DNA of 62,803 nucleotides, filler included, from Bradymonadales bacterium (GTDB lineage Bacteria; Bdellovibrionota; UBA2394): NCBI GenBank assembly GCA_007693605.1. It is 5 parts of 5 records of this genome, joined end to end, with 100 filler letters (N's around TTAATTAATTAA, not from the genome) between each part and the next. Parts side by side here need not be neighbours in the genome. Positions count along the whole stretch, not along the records: positions 12,910 to 25,666 come from REDG01000026.1; positions 25,767 to 38,325 come from REDG01000013.1; 3 more parts are not named here. One strand, given 5' to 3'. How positions within the stretch are numbered: position 1 is the stretch's first letter; the number at the start of each line of letters is the position of its first letter. A model generated the notes under the pieces. That model was given only the letters and a program-made list of their open reading frames with translations. It did no database searches and was not told the origin of the DNA. Shown one piece after another: positions 17,679-27,283 of the stretch. A program made the translations under genes and the position numbers.

Positions 17679-18719
17679 TTGATGAACCCTTGGAGTTGTC
17701 ACGAGTGGTCGTGCCCCCCAGTTCCGACTATGGTTACACCAGAGGAACTTCAATATCTTCATTGGCTGGGCTCTGTAGAATGGGATGGAGAAAGTGACGC
17801 GGTAGAGTTCGCGCCCTGGCTTGGTGCCACGACGATTGCGCTAGCATCAGGGATGGTCTCTAACCCTCGGCGTAAGTCGGGCCTACTACATACGTTCGAT
17901 AATTTTGTATGGCGACCTTTTATGGAGCCTAGGTCAAAAATACAGAGGCCCAATGGATCGGATTTCTCCGATTTACTTAGAGCTAATCTTGGCTCGCTTG
18001 CTTCATCCGTCGTGATGCATCGCGTGGAACTGCCTAAAGGAGAGCATCGGATTTCGAGATACCCTCTCACTGGCGATGAGCCCCTATCGTCCGCGAATCC
18101 GTTTGATTGGGAACCTCCCGTCCCGATCGGGATCATATTCATCGATGGCGCCAAGAGCTACGATGCAATGCGACTCGTGCTCAGCCGCCTCGTGCCCCAC
18201 CTCGCCCCTGGTGGCGCATGGCTTGCCTGCCAGGATTATGCCGACCCATTTGCATACTGGGTTCCGCTCCTTATGCAATTGAACTCCGAGCGATGGAGTG
18301 CCGCTCATGTGCTGTCCGCTAATACAGTAACTTTTCGAAGTGTGTCGCCAGTGCCGCAGGGCACGCCGCGTCTTCCGGCTATCGAGGACTTGAGTTCCGA
18401 GGAGGGCATTTCCCTGCTCGAGACGGCTGCCGACGCACTACGGGCGCGTGGTAACCCCAGCTCAGCACGGATGGTTCAACTCGGCATCTGTATATTCTTA
18501 GCTGATAAGGGGGATCGGGGGCGAGCGATCAAGTATCTTCGGTCACTTTGCTGGCGCTTTCCTCTAGTTTCCAGGAACTCTCGTGTTCTTCGCGAAGTGT
18601 CGGAGGCGATCGAGCGTTGTCTCGAAGTGCGGGTTTACCCGAGGCCTCTGCGTTTGATTCGGGAATGTCCCGGCGCTACTATCCGTTGGAGTCGAAAAGT
18701 TCGCTCTATGCTACGTTAA
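17679..18719 (+). CDS. Putative SAM-dependent methyltransferase (Methyltransf_24-like)
   Basis: VEFAPWLGATT, HTFDNF, IFIDGAK, QDY. Confidence 0.65.
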   Translation: MMNPWSCHEWSCPPVPTMVTPEELQYLHWLGSVEWDGESDAVEFAPWLGATTIALASGMVSNPRRKSGLLHTFDNFVWRPFMEPRSKIQRPNGSDFSDLLRANLGSLASSVVMHRVELPKGEHRISRYPLTGDEPLSSANPFDWEPPVPIGIIFIDGAKSYDAMRLVLSRLVPHLAPGGAWLACQDYADPFAYWVPLLMQLNSERWSAAHVLSANTVTFRSVSPVPQGTPRLPAIEDLSSEEGISLLETAADALRARGNPSSARMVQLGICIFLADKGDRGRAIKYLRSLCWRFPLVSRNSRVLREVSEAIERCLEVRVYPRPLRLIRECPGATIRWSRKVRSMLR

Positions 18720-18841
18720 GGATAGTTCACGTACTCAGAAATGTTATGCAGCGAAGCCTGGCCTGAGCTAGGCGAGTTTGCCCTTGCGAGCGTTGGAAGC
18801 ATTGACATACTCTTAAGCGTTGGAGGTCCAATTTATCAAAA

Positions 18842-19609
18842 ATGGATATTCGGAATAAGGCTTGGGACTCTAAATTTTTCCGCCGTCCGATCTCTGAGCT
18901 GGTAGTAGATGGTGTTTTTGATGTGAACCAGGCAAAGGCTATTGTTGAGGCTGCTGATTTAGAGGGTATCTGGGGAATTGAGGCGCAGCTACTTGTGCAG
19001 CAGACATTGGAAATTAGGGTTTTGGAGGCATTGGGATTCTATCTCGTTGACTCGAAAGTGAGATTCTTAACAAGTGTTGACCTATGTCGTCTTGAAAAAG
19101 TGTTGCCACCGTATGGTCGAGTACGTTTGGCCCGCACCAATGACCTTGACCAAATTTATCGACTGACGAAAGAGTGCTTTGTTGACAATACTGAGTTTGT
19201 TTCTCGGTACAAGGCTCCGTGGCTGTTTACCTACGACGAGGCAAGTAATTACTACAAAGAGTGGAACTTAGAGTGTATGTCCGAGTATTCAGATCTTTTT
19301 GTGGTTTGGGAACTGGAGGGCAAAGTGTTGGGCTATTCTAGTTTTAAACCCATCGGCCGGGACTCGAGCCAGGACGTGTATAAGGGTGTTTTGGCTGCTG
19401 TTGATTTAGCCCATCGGGGCCGAAAGGCCTTAAACTTTATGCAAAATTATGTTTTTCATCAGATTGGTAAGCAGACGTTCATAGTGGACAACACTACTCA
19501 ACTGGCAAACGTAGTAGCCCTCAGAAACCACATGGCGGCTGGAAAGACCTTGTCAGATATTCACTTGGTATTTTACCGAGTGAATGATGATAATTTGAAG
19601 ACGCTCTGA
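18842..19609 (+). CDS. GNAT acetyltransferase, WecD-like
   Basis: SRYK, LAAVDLAHRGR, TTQLANVVAL; adjacent to wecE. Confidence 0.65.
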   Translation: MDIRNKAWDSKFFRRPISELVVDGVFDVNQAKAIVEAADLEGIWGIEAQLLVQQTLEIRVLEALGFYLVDSKVRFLTSVDLCRLEKVLPPYGRVRLARTNDLDQIYRLTKECFVDNTEFVSRYKAPWLFTYDEASNYYKEWNLECMSEYSDLFVVWELEGKVLGYSSFKPIGRDSSQDVYKGVLAAVDLAHRGRKALNFMQNYVFHQIGKQTFIVDNTTQLANVVALRNHMAAGKTLSDIHLVFYRVNDDNLKTL

Positions 19610-19610
19610 G

Positions 19611-21035
19611 TTGGCGGATCGTTTTTGTACGTTGGAGTGGGCATATCGAGTAGGGTTTAATTCCTTGGCAACCCCGCTATGGAGGGTCAGTATGACGAAG
19701 GTGCTTAGACGAAATATAGTGCGATTCAGACGGTACCGACTGCTGAAGAGGTTGGAGTATTCTAGTTCCGAAGGCTTGTCGATTTATCAGGGGCAACGCC
19801 TACGAAAGCTGTTGGAGTACGGTTTAGCAACTCCTAGGGCCGAAAAAGAGGGGGGCGCTCATCTTTTCCGGGCAGAAGGTTTGTTGCCCGCTCAGATTTT
19901 GAAGACTCTACCGATTTTGCAGAAGGAGGTTGTTCAGAAGAAGTTAGCTTCGCTAGTATCGGCAAAAGGTCGAACAAGACGATCAATAGAAGATCGGACT
20001 AGTGGTTCGACTGGTGCGCCAACAATATTTATTCGTGATCTGGCTTGTCTTGATGCTGAGAGGGCGGCAGCAGAATTATTCTATCGTGATTGGCTAGGAA
20101 GAGAGCGCAGGGAACCAGTGGCGCGGATTTGGGCAACGGAAGCCGACCAGGCGCCAACTGGCGAAAAAGTGGGGGGATTTTTTAGGAAGAGGATATCAGA
20201 GATCTGGTTAAGTGCATTTAACCTAAATGATGCTGATATGGCAGATTTTTTTAAGTTGTGGCAATCACACGAACCCAGCATATTGATTGGCTATCCTGAA
20301 GCGGTTTTTGAATGCGCGAAGTATTTGAGGAGAAATCGCATTCGGATACCCCATTTGAAGGGTATTGTAACTGCTGGCGCCAAGCTTTTTCCTGAAATGA
20401 GGTCTGAGGTCGAGCGGTCATTTATGGCGCCAGTACTTGAAAGATATGGTTCTCGTGAAACCGGGCTAGTTGCGATGGAGTGTCTTGAGGGCCGTCGACT
20501 TCATGTTGTTGCTCCCAATGTTTATGTAGAAATTCTGAATGAAAGTGGAGCACCGGCACTACCAGGCGAGGAGGGCTCGGTAGTCGTGACTCCATTCTAC
20601 TCGTACAAAATGCCATTCCTGCGGTACGTAATGGGAGATCGAGCAAAGTGGGCTTTGGACCAAGCTTGTGTGTGCGGCCGCTCTTGGCCAGTGATTGAAG
20701 AAATTGTCGGTCGTGCGCAGGATTGCTTTCGCTTGCGAGATGGAGGCACTGTGAGTGGCATGTTGGGATATTATATCATGCGGGATTGTTTTGATTTTAG
20801 TAAAATTTCTCAGTTTCAGTTTATTCAGGAGAGCTATGAGAGAGTGACCGCTCAAATCCAGCTGAGTATGCCGCATGACGAACCAGATCGAGAGTTCTTT
20901 GATGCGATTGTTAAAGCTCGAGATAGGTTTTCCCAATCTATGGGTCCAAATTGTTCTATACACTTTAAATTTGTAGATCATATACCTAGACTCTCCTCTG
21001 GGAAGCATCGGTATTTAATGTCACTTGTCGATTGA
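19611..21035 (+). CDS. Phenylacetate-CoA ligase/CapK-like adenylating enzyme
   Basis: TSGSTGAP, YGSRE, MPFLRYVMGD, SGKHR; true start may be ATG 19692. Confidence 0.85.
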   Translation: MADRFCTLEWAYRVGFNSLATPLWRVSMTKVLRRNIVRFRRYRLLKRLEYSSSEGLSIYQGQRLRKLLEYGLATPRAEKEGGAHLFRAEGLLPAQILKTLPILQKEVVQKKLASLVSAKGRTRRSIEDRTSGSTGAPTIFIRDLACLDAERAAAELFYRDWLGRERREPVARIWATEADQAPTGEKVGGFFRKRISEIWLSAFNLNDADMADFFKLWQSHEPSILIGYPEAVFECAKYLRRNRIRIPHLKGIVTAGAKLFPEMRSEVERSFMAPVLERYGSRETGLVAMECLEGRRLHVVAPNVYVEILNESGAPALPGEEGSVVVTPFYSYKMPFLRYVMGDRAKWALDQACVCGRSWPVIEEIVGRAQDCFRLRDGGTVSGMLGYYIMRDCFDFSKISQFQFIQESYERVTAQIQLSMPHDEPDREFFDAIVKARDRFSQSMGPNCSIHFKFVDHIPRLSSGKHRYLMSLVD

Positions 21036-21042
21036 GCCGAAG

Positions 21043-22182
21043 CTATTTGACCCCAAAAAATGCAAAGATGCTCTTGACGATATTTTCAGGTGATCCAGCT
21101 TCAATGTGACTATGTAGTGGTAGTCGAAGTAGTCGAAGGCTTAGGTCAGTCGTATAGGTATCCTTGCCGAAGAATCTACCAAAAGACTGGCCCGCAGGTG
21201 ACGAGTGAAGTGGAACGTAGTGGGACGCACTTTCTATGCCAGACTCTCGAAGGTGAGATTTCAGGTCATCTCTTGCGCACTCTGTTTGCAAGGTTAGTGC
21301 AAAAATATGGCCATTATGTTTACAGTGGCTTGGCACTTTCGGTAGTTTGATAAAACCTTTCTTTTCGAGCGGTTCAAGAGCGGAAAAGTAGTTCTCCCAA
21401 ATCTTCAGCCTTCGATCTGTTGTGTCTTTCGCCTGTTCTAGCTGACCTAGGAGATAGGCTGAATTTAGTTCAGATGGTAAGAACGAAGAGCCAATATCCA
21501 ACCAGGTATATTTATCCACTTCGCCCCGAACGAATTCGGAGCGATTCGTGCCCTTCTCTCGTATGATTTCGGCTCGCCTTATAGATTGAGGATCGTTTAC
21601 GATCAACGCGCCCCCTTCTCCGCAATGGATGTTCTTTGTCTCATGAAAGCTAAATGTGGCAAATTTACCAAAAGAGCCAAGGGGTCGCCCCCTGTAGAAT
21701 GACCAGTAAGCTTGAGCTGCATCTTCAATAACAGGGACATTGAGTCTATTGGCTACCGCCAGAATTTCGTCCATTTCACAAGCCACGCCAGCATAGTGCA
21801 CTACAACAATTGCTTTTGTCTTTGGTGTTATCGCAGCCTCAATAAGAGTCTCATCAATATTCAGTGTATCCGGCCTAATATCTATAAACACTAACTTCGC
21901 ACCCCTCAACACGAACGCGTTCGCAGTCGACACAAAAGTGAATGAGGGCATAATAACTTCATCACCCTCTTTTATGTCGCACAAAATTGCAGCCATCTCT
22001 AAAGCGTCAGTACAAGAGGTTGTTAGGAGAGCCTTGCCTCCCCCGAGCATGGTTTCAATCAGTTGACTGCATTTTTTGGAATACGGACCATCACCAGAAA
22101 ATTTTGCTTCATGGTCATTTAGGAGTTGACCGAGATACTTCCCATCAAGACTAGACCGGTTGGGTACGTTGAACTTTATCAT
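21043..22182 (-). CDS. wecE: dTDP-4-amino-4,6-dideoxygalactose transaminase
   Basis: LLTTSCTDALEM, EDAAQA, FSFHETKN, EKGTNRS..F.RGEVDKYTW, HYVPLHSSP. Confidence 0.92.
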   Translation of the reverse strand: MIKFNVPNRSSLDGKYLGQLLNDHEAKFSGDGPYSKKCSQLIETMLGGGKALLTTSCTDALEMAAILCDIKEGDEVIMPSFTFVSTANAFVLRGAKLVFIDIRPDTLNIDETLIEAAITPKTKAIVVVHYAGVACEMDEILAVANRLNVPVIEDAAQAYWSFYRGRPLGSFGKFATFSFHETKNIHCGEGGALIVNDPQSIRRAEIIREKGTNRSEFVRGEVDKYTWLDIGSSFLPSELNSAYLLGQLEQAKDTTDRRLKIWENYFSALEPLEKKGFIKLPKVPSHCKHNGHIFALTLQTECARDDLKSHLRESGIESASHYVPLHSSPAGQSFGRFFGKDTYTTDLSLRLLRLPLHSHIEAGSPENIVKSIFAFFGVK

Positions 22183-23273
22183 CCGCCCCTCTTGCCGTAG
22201 TTACTCGCCACCCAGCGCTGATACTCCTCACCACTCTGAGTGCGGCTCCAGTTCGACTGATCTAAGTACCAGCGAAGGGTCTTTTCGATGCCCTCTTCAA
22301 AACTGTGCTTTGGCTTCCAACCAAGCTGAGAGGAAATCTTGCTAAAATCAATCGAGTACCGGCGATCATGCCCAGGACGATCGGGTACAAACTCAATAAG
22401 ATCCAAAAACTTCTGAGCGGGAGTTTCAGTGAATTTAGCGACCTTTTCACAGAGACGACGAACCAGATCAATGTTCGTGATCTCGCAATCTCCACCCACA
22501 TTGTAGGTCTCACCCACCTGACCTTTCGTTAAGATAGTCCAGATTGCTTCGCAGTGGTCCCCCACATAGAGCCAATCACGAATGTTCTTGCCATCCCCGT
22601 AAACTGGGAGTTTCTGCCCAGAGAGCATCTTTGTAATCATATGAGGAATCAATTTCTCTAGATGCTGATAAGGCCCATAGTTATTTGAACAGTTTGAAAT
22701 TAGAACGGGTAATCCATAGGTATGAAAACTCGCTCGAACGAGATGATCACTCGACGCCTTTGAGGCACTATAAGGGCTTCTTGGATCATAAGGAGTTTCT
22801 TCCGTGAAGCTGCCTGTCGGTCCAAGACTGCCGTACACTTCATCGGTGGAGACATGGTAGAAAACAAAGTCAGAGTTTTCTTTATGAAGCTTTCTGCCGA
22901 CCTCTAGCAGTTGAAAGGTTCCCACAATATTCGTTTCAACAAAAGCGGCAGGCCCCAAGATCGATCGGTCTACGTGGCTTTCAGCTGCAAAATGAACAAT
23001 CGTGTCGACCGCGTGCCGATTACAGATCTCAAGAGCTCGCTCGGCATCATTTATCGAAACTTTCTCAAAGAAGTAACGAGAGCCAGAATATTTTTCTTCA
23101 ATGCTCTTTAAATTTTCAACGTTTGAAGCATAGGTGAGGCAGTCGAGGTTGATGACCTTGCCCTTAAAGTTCAACTGCTCAAACAGGTGGTGAATAAAAT
23201 TCGCCCCAATGAAGCCAGCGCCTCCGGTAACGAGAATAGACTTTCTTTCAGTGGCCATCATCCCCCCTTTCAA
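22179..23273 (-). CDS. rfbB: dTDP-glucose 4,6-dehydratase
   Basis: [40 protein letters not shown]. Confidence 0.95.
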   Translation of the reverse strand: MKGGMMATERKSILVTGGAGFIGANFIHHLFEQLNFKGKVINLDCLTYASNVENLKSIEEKYSGSRYFFEKVSINDAERALEICNRHAVDTIVHFAAESHVDRSILGPAAFVETNIVGTFQLLEVGRKLHKENSDFVFYHVSTDEVYGSLGPTGSFTEETPYDPRSPYSASKASSDHLVRASFHTYGLPVLISNCSNNYGPYQHLEKLIPHMITKMLSGQKLPVYGDGKNIRDWLYVGDHCEAIWTILTKGQVGETYNVGGDCEITNIDLVRRLCEKVAKFTETPAQKFLDLIEFVPDRPGHDRRYSIDFSKISSQLGWKPKHSFEEGIEKTLRWYLDQSNWSRTQSGEEYQRWVASNYGKRGG

Positions 23274-24132
23274 TCAGTCGAAGGAGATACTCGCCATAAG
23301 TTGACTGTCGGTAGTTTTCGGCAAGAGCTTTGAGCTGAGATTCATCGATATATTTCATTCGGTAAGCAATTTCTTCGGGGCAAGCAATTTTGAAGCTCTG
23401 GTTATCTTCTACAATTCGGACAAAGTTTGAAGCCTTCATGAGTGACTCGTGAGTCCCTGCATCCAGCCAAGCATAGCCCCTACCGAAGGTGACGGCTTTC
23501 AATTTGCCGTCCGACAAGTAGGCTTTGTTAAGATCAGTAATCTCAAGCTCTCCTCTTTCAGAAGGTTTTAAGGCCTTCGTTCGCGCGACAACCGAAGAGT
23601 CGTAGATGTAGAGGCCCACTGCCGCCCAATTTGTTTTCGGCTTGGCGGGCTTTTCTTCAATGGACAGTACACTTCTATCTTTCGAGTTAAACTCGATCAC
23701 TCCGAAACGCTCGGGGTCTTTGACGTAGTAGGCAAAGACCGTGGCGCCTGTATTTTCTCGAATAGCAGTCGAAACAATTTTGCCAAGATTGTTTCCGTAA
23801 AAAATGTTGTCACCGAGAATGAGGGTGACACTGTCATCGCCAATGAAATCGGCACCCAGCAAAAAGGCTTCGCTAATCCCTCGAGGGGCTTCTTGGACCT
23901 TATACTCGAGCTTCAGTCCAATTTGTGAACCATCTCCCAAAAGCTCCTCAATTTTTGGGGTATCCTGCGGGGTGGAGATGATGAGAATCTCTCGAATGCC
24001 TCCAAGCACTAAAGTGGACAGAGGATAGTAAATAAGAGGCTTGTCGTAGACTGGAAGCAGCTGCTTTGAAAAAACCTTTGTCAGCGGGTAGAGCCGAGTT
24101 CCATGACCGCCCGCTAAGATGATGCCTTTCAT
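23248..24132 (-). CDS. rfbA: Glucose-1-phosphate thymidylyltransferase
   Basis: [44 protein letters not shown]. Confidence 0.96.
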   Translation of the reverse strand: MKGIILAGGHGTRLYPLTKVFSKQLLPVYDKPLIYYPLSTLVLGGIREILIISTPQDTPKIEELLGDGSQIGLKLEYKVQEAPRGISEAFLLGADFIGDDSVTLILGDNIFYGNNLGKIVSTAIRENTGATVFAYYVKDPERFGVIEFNSKDRSVLSIEEKPAKPKTNWAAVGLYIYDSSVVARTKALKPSERGELEITDLNKAYLSDGKLKAVTFGRGYAWLDAGTHESLMKASNFVRIVEDNQSFKIACPEEIAYRMKYIDESQLKALAENYRQSTYGEYLLRLIERGDDGH

Positions 24133-24169
24133 TCCCCTTGCTTAGCGCAAAGGCCTCAGCCAGGCCAGC

Positions 24170-25582
24170 CTAAGCTGCCTGAGAAGCTGGGTCGAGCCGG
24201 TAGATCGTTTTACAGTTCTGTAAAATCCCCTCGCGGTGCGAGACGATGACCACTGTCCAGTCTAGGTTTTGCGACGAGATTGCCTGGGTGATCTCTCTCT
24301 CGGTCTGTTCGTCGAGGTTCGCAGAGGCTTCGTCGAGTACAAGGAGCTGAGGTTTCACTAAAAAGGCTCTGGCGAGTGCTAGGCGCTGCTTCTGGCCGGC
24401 GGAAAGGCCTTCTCCATTTTCTTTGAGGCTAAAGGCGAGGCGACCCGGTTTTTGCTCGATGATGTCATCAATTTGAGCCATCTTTAATGCCGCCCAAAGC
24501 TCTGATTCGCTATGATTCTTTCGAGAGCCATAGCGAAGATTTTGCTCGATCGAACCCTCGATCAAAAATGGCTCTGCGCCAACATAGCCAACATGAACAT
24601 CGGACTTCTGAAAATAGTCTTTGGGGGACATGCCATCGATTCGTATGGAACCCCGATTGGGTTCAAGTACTCCTAAAATCATCGCCAGGAGAGTCGACTT
24701 TCCGGTGCCGCTCCTTCCCACGATGCCGAGTTGATTGCCTGAGGGGACTTCGAGGCTTAAGTTTTCGATGACCCAAGGCCCCTCACTTTCGTAGCGGAAG
24801 TAAAGATTCTGAATCTCAATTCGAGGAGCTGCTGCCGAAGTCTGGGTACTCGTATCGGTGAGATCGGGTACAGATAGCCTTTCAGGGTGAAGGGCAACCG
24901 CCAGGTCTTTCGTGGGGATGCTGTAGAAGTACTGAGCCGAGAGCTTGAAGTGGGGGAAGCAGGTGCTGGCCATCCCGAAACTCTTTGCAAAAGCAGCCAG
25001 CTGCTGAGTAAAGCGGACGAGCAAATAGAGAAATGCGACCAGAGTGGGACCTGGAGTTTCAAGTACACTTTGATTGAGGCCGATGATACTCACCAGCATG
25101 ACGCCACCCATGATAATTGGCAGCGCGGCTGCAGCATTGGCAAGGAGCTTGCTTCGGATAAAACGCGTCGAGTAGTTGAGAATGTTCTGGTTCAGCCGGA
25201 TACTCTCGAAGGCTGCTGTTCGGAGAATTCGCACCAAAAGCCAGTTTCGTGCCACTCGCTCGATACCGCAAACAAGGCCCCGCTGTTCTTCGGGTATCTG
25301 AGAGGCGATTCTGCTGACTCGTCTGTTTGCGAGCCACACAAAGAACGAAATAAAGAGTATGAAGACTAGGGAGAACAGGGCCTCTCTCCAGGCTAGCCAA
25401 AACATGGTGCTCAGAATGATAGCGCATTGAACAAGGTTCGGAATCGACGATGAAGCGTGGAGAGCAAACTGTGAAGCCTTCGGAAAGGTATCGCCAATAC
25501 GGCTATTGACTTCGCCTGCTGAAATAAAGCTTTTTCGATGAAGCAGGTCGTAGACAGCCACGCAGCGAAGCCGGGCATTCAA
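24170..25582 (-). CDS. ABC exporter (fused permease/ATPase), probable glycan flippase; 5'-truncated
   Basis: GRSGTGKS, LSAGQKQR, LVLDEA; only part of the TM domain; in-frame stop near 25625 upstream. Confidence 0.8.
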   Translation of the reverse strand: MNARLRCVAVYDLLHRKSFISAGEVNSRIGDTFPKASQFALHASSSIPNLVQCAIILSTMFWLAWREALFSLVFILFISFFVWLANRRVSRIASQIPEEQRGLVCGIERVARNWLLVRILRTAAFESIRLNQNILNYSTRFIRSKLLANAAAALPIIMGGVMLVSIIGLNQSVLETPGPTLVAFLYLLVRFTQQLAAFAKSFGMASTCFPHFKLSAQYFYSIPTKDLAVALHPERLSVPDLTDTSTQTSAAAPRIEIQNLYFRYESEGPWVIENLSLEVPSGNQLGIVGRSGTGKSTLLAMILGVLEPNRGSIRIDGMSPKDYFQKSDVHVGYVGAEPFLIEGSIEQNLRYGSRKNHSESELWAALKMAQIDDIIEQKPGRLAFSLKENGEGLSAGQKQRLALARAFLVKPQLLVLDEASANLDEQTEREITQAISSQNLDWTVVIVSHREGILQNCKTIYRLDPASQAA

Positions 25583-25641
25583 AAGTTCCTGAGAAACAGC
25601 GGAGGCCTGGCACGGATAGTAGTTTCAAACGCTATTTTTTG

Positions 25642-25663
25642 GAGTTGGTGGAGAGTTGGTGGA
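25642..25663. repeat. Tandem 11-bp repeat GAGTTGGTGGA x2, possible mobile-element end
   Basis: Direct read; its reverse complement resembles the phased repeats at 40125-40154. Confidence 0.45.
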
Positions 25664-25666
25664 TGT

Positions 25667-25766
25667 NNNNNNNNNNNNNNNNNNNNNNNNNNNNNNNNNN
25701 NNNNNNNNNNTTAATTAATTAANNNNNNNNNNNNNNNNNNNNNNNNNNNNNNNNNNNNNNNNNNNN
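25667..25766. other. Artificial contig linker
   Basis: N44-TTAATTAATTAA-N44. Confidence 0.98.
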
Positions 25767-25825
25767 TCGTCCCGACCAATTGTTTCACACATCGAAGAAC
25801 TCGAACGACCGAAACCGATTTATGA

Positions 25826-25924
25826 ATTTTGAGATCATCGAACCAGCGACCTCAAGTGCTTAGAATCATTAGCGCTCGAAAATTGACAAGAAAGGAAAGA
25901 AGACAATTCGAGGAGGGCCTATGA
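25826..25924 (+). pseudogene. BrnT toxin C-terminal remnant
   Basis: VLRIISARKLTRKERRQFEEGL* overlaps the brnA ATG (ATGA); in-frame TGA at 25823. Confidence 0.7.
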
Positions 25925-26145
25925 AAAAATCATACGACTTAAAAAAGTTAGATTGGAAACCCAACCCTTATGTTAAGAAGCTTAAAAAATCGATTGCCAT
26001 ACGCATTGATCAAGATGTTTTAGAGTATTTTCAGAAGCTCGGTGAGAAATCGGATATGCCGTACCAAACTCTGGTCAATCTGTTCCTCAGGAGCTGCAAA
26101 GAGGGTGAGTTTAAACCGAAGATCAAGTGGTCAAAACTGTCTTAG
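25921..26145 (+). CDS. BrnA-family antitoxin
   Basis: NPY...KKSIAIRIDQDVLEYF...MPYQTLVNLFLR. Confidence 0.85.
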   Translation: MKKSYDLKKLDWKPNPYVKKLKKSIAIRIDQDVLEYFQKLGEKSDMPYQTLVNLFLRSCKEGEFKPKIKWSKLS

Positions 26146-26328
26146 TGGAGCGCTCGGGGCGCTATACCCTGTGGCCGCCCTCGGAAACTTCTTCGCAGGT
26201 GAACCGGTCCAAGTGAAAATGAGAGAAAGATTCTCTTTCTGGGGATCCTGCCCAATGGGGTCGTTCAGCATATTGAAATCCATCCGCTCGTTTCGGAGTA
26301 ATAATCTCTTTGAGGACAGCCTTAAGCC

Positions 26329-27180
26329 TTACCTCAGGCCCTTCATACTGAGAGCTTTGGAGCAGCTGAGTTGAACAAGCTTTGGGATGGCCGAGAAGTC
26401 ATGATGGCTGAGGTTCGGCCAATGAAACTCAAGAGGCCCGCCGATGCTGCTTGAGTGGGGGAGCCTCATTGCCTCTCGATGCAAGATTCCATCGGTTTCT
26501 TTGAGAAGGGGCAAGTGCTGTCGCGCGAAGACTCGCCAAAGCCAACGATAGCCCCATGCCAGCTTTCGATCGCCATGGCTGCCCATATGAATATGAATTG
26601 GAATGGACTCGACAAGAGCTTGGAGGTCCTGTCTCGCTCTGTCCAGCTCAGTCTCTCGATGGGAGCTCGAGAGTTCTGTCACTAAAGCCCTCGAAACTCC
26701 CAGTGCAGACAGAACAAACTTCGCCCCCTGGTGAAGGGCGTCAGGTTTTTGTCCAATATCGTTGAAGAGGGGGGATCCTCCAAAAAAAGACTGAAGGGCG
26801 ATCCAGAGCTGTATTTTTTGTCTTTCTTCCGTGTCCATCTGTCGAATGGCCTCTAAGGCATCGAGAGATCCTCGGCTATAAGAGACAATCACAATCGGCC
26901 CCTCCACTTCTCGAACCAAGTGGACGATCTGTTTGGCGCTTTGATCGGGAAGTGGATTTCCTCTAGCGCCTAAAAGGCTGAACTCAAAACTCTCAGCTTT
27001 CAGATCTTGAATCAGCCCTCGAAACTCTGGCGCCTTTGAGAAGAAATTTCCCAACGAGAGACCTGGCAAAAGTAGAAAATGAGGTCGATCGTTTTCAGTG
27101 CTTGCGGCAGCCGCCATTGAAAACTGCCAAGTTTGACTTGTGAAGCTGAAAAAAGCAGCGAACAAGATCCAGGGCCTCAA
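26329..27180 (-). CDS. Secreted alpha/beta hydrolase (lipase-like)
   Basis: Signal peptide; LLLPGL, SYSRG nucleophile elbow, TDG, late His. Confidence 0.7.
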   Translation of the reverse strand: MRPWILFAAFFSFTSQTWQFSMAAAASTENDRPHFLLLPGLSLGNFFSKAPEFRGLIQDLKAESFEFSLLGARGNPLPDQSAKQIVHLVREVEGPIVIVSYSRGSLDALEAIRQMDTEERQKIQLWIALQSFFGGSPLFNDIGQKPDALHQGAKFVLSALGVSRALVTELSSSHRETELDRARQDLQALVESIPIHIHMGSHGDRKLAWGYRWLWRVFARQHLPLLKETDGILHREAMRLPHSSSIGGPLEFHWPNLSHHDFSAIPKLVQLSCSKALSMKGLR

Positions 27181-27283
27181 CTGCCCATTTATACATCAGA
27201 AAGGTCTAGATTCCCAACGGCCTATGAAAACTTTGCAGAGCTTCGGCCTGAGAAGCTTTTAAGACCAGCAAAAGTGACAATTT

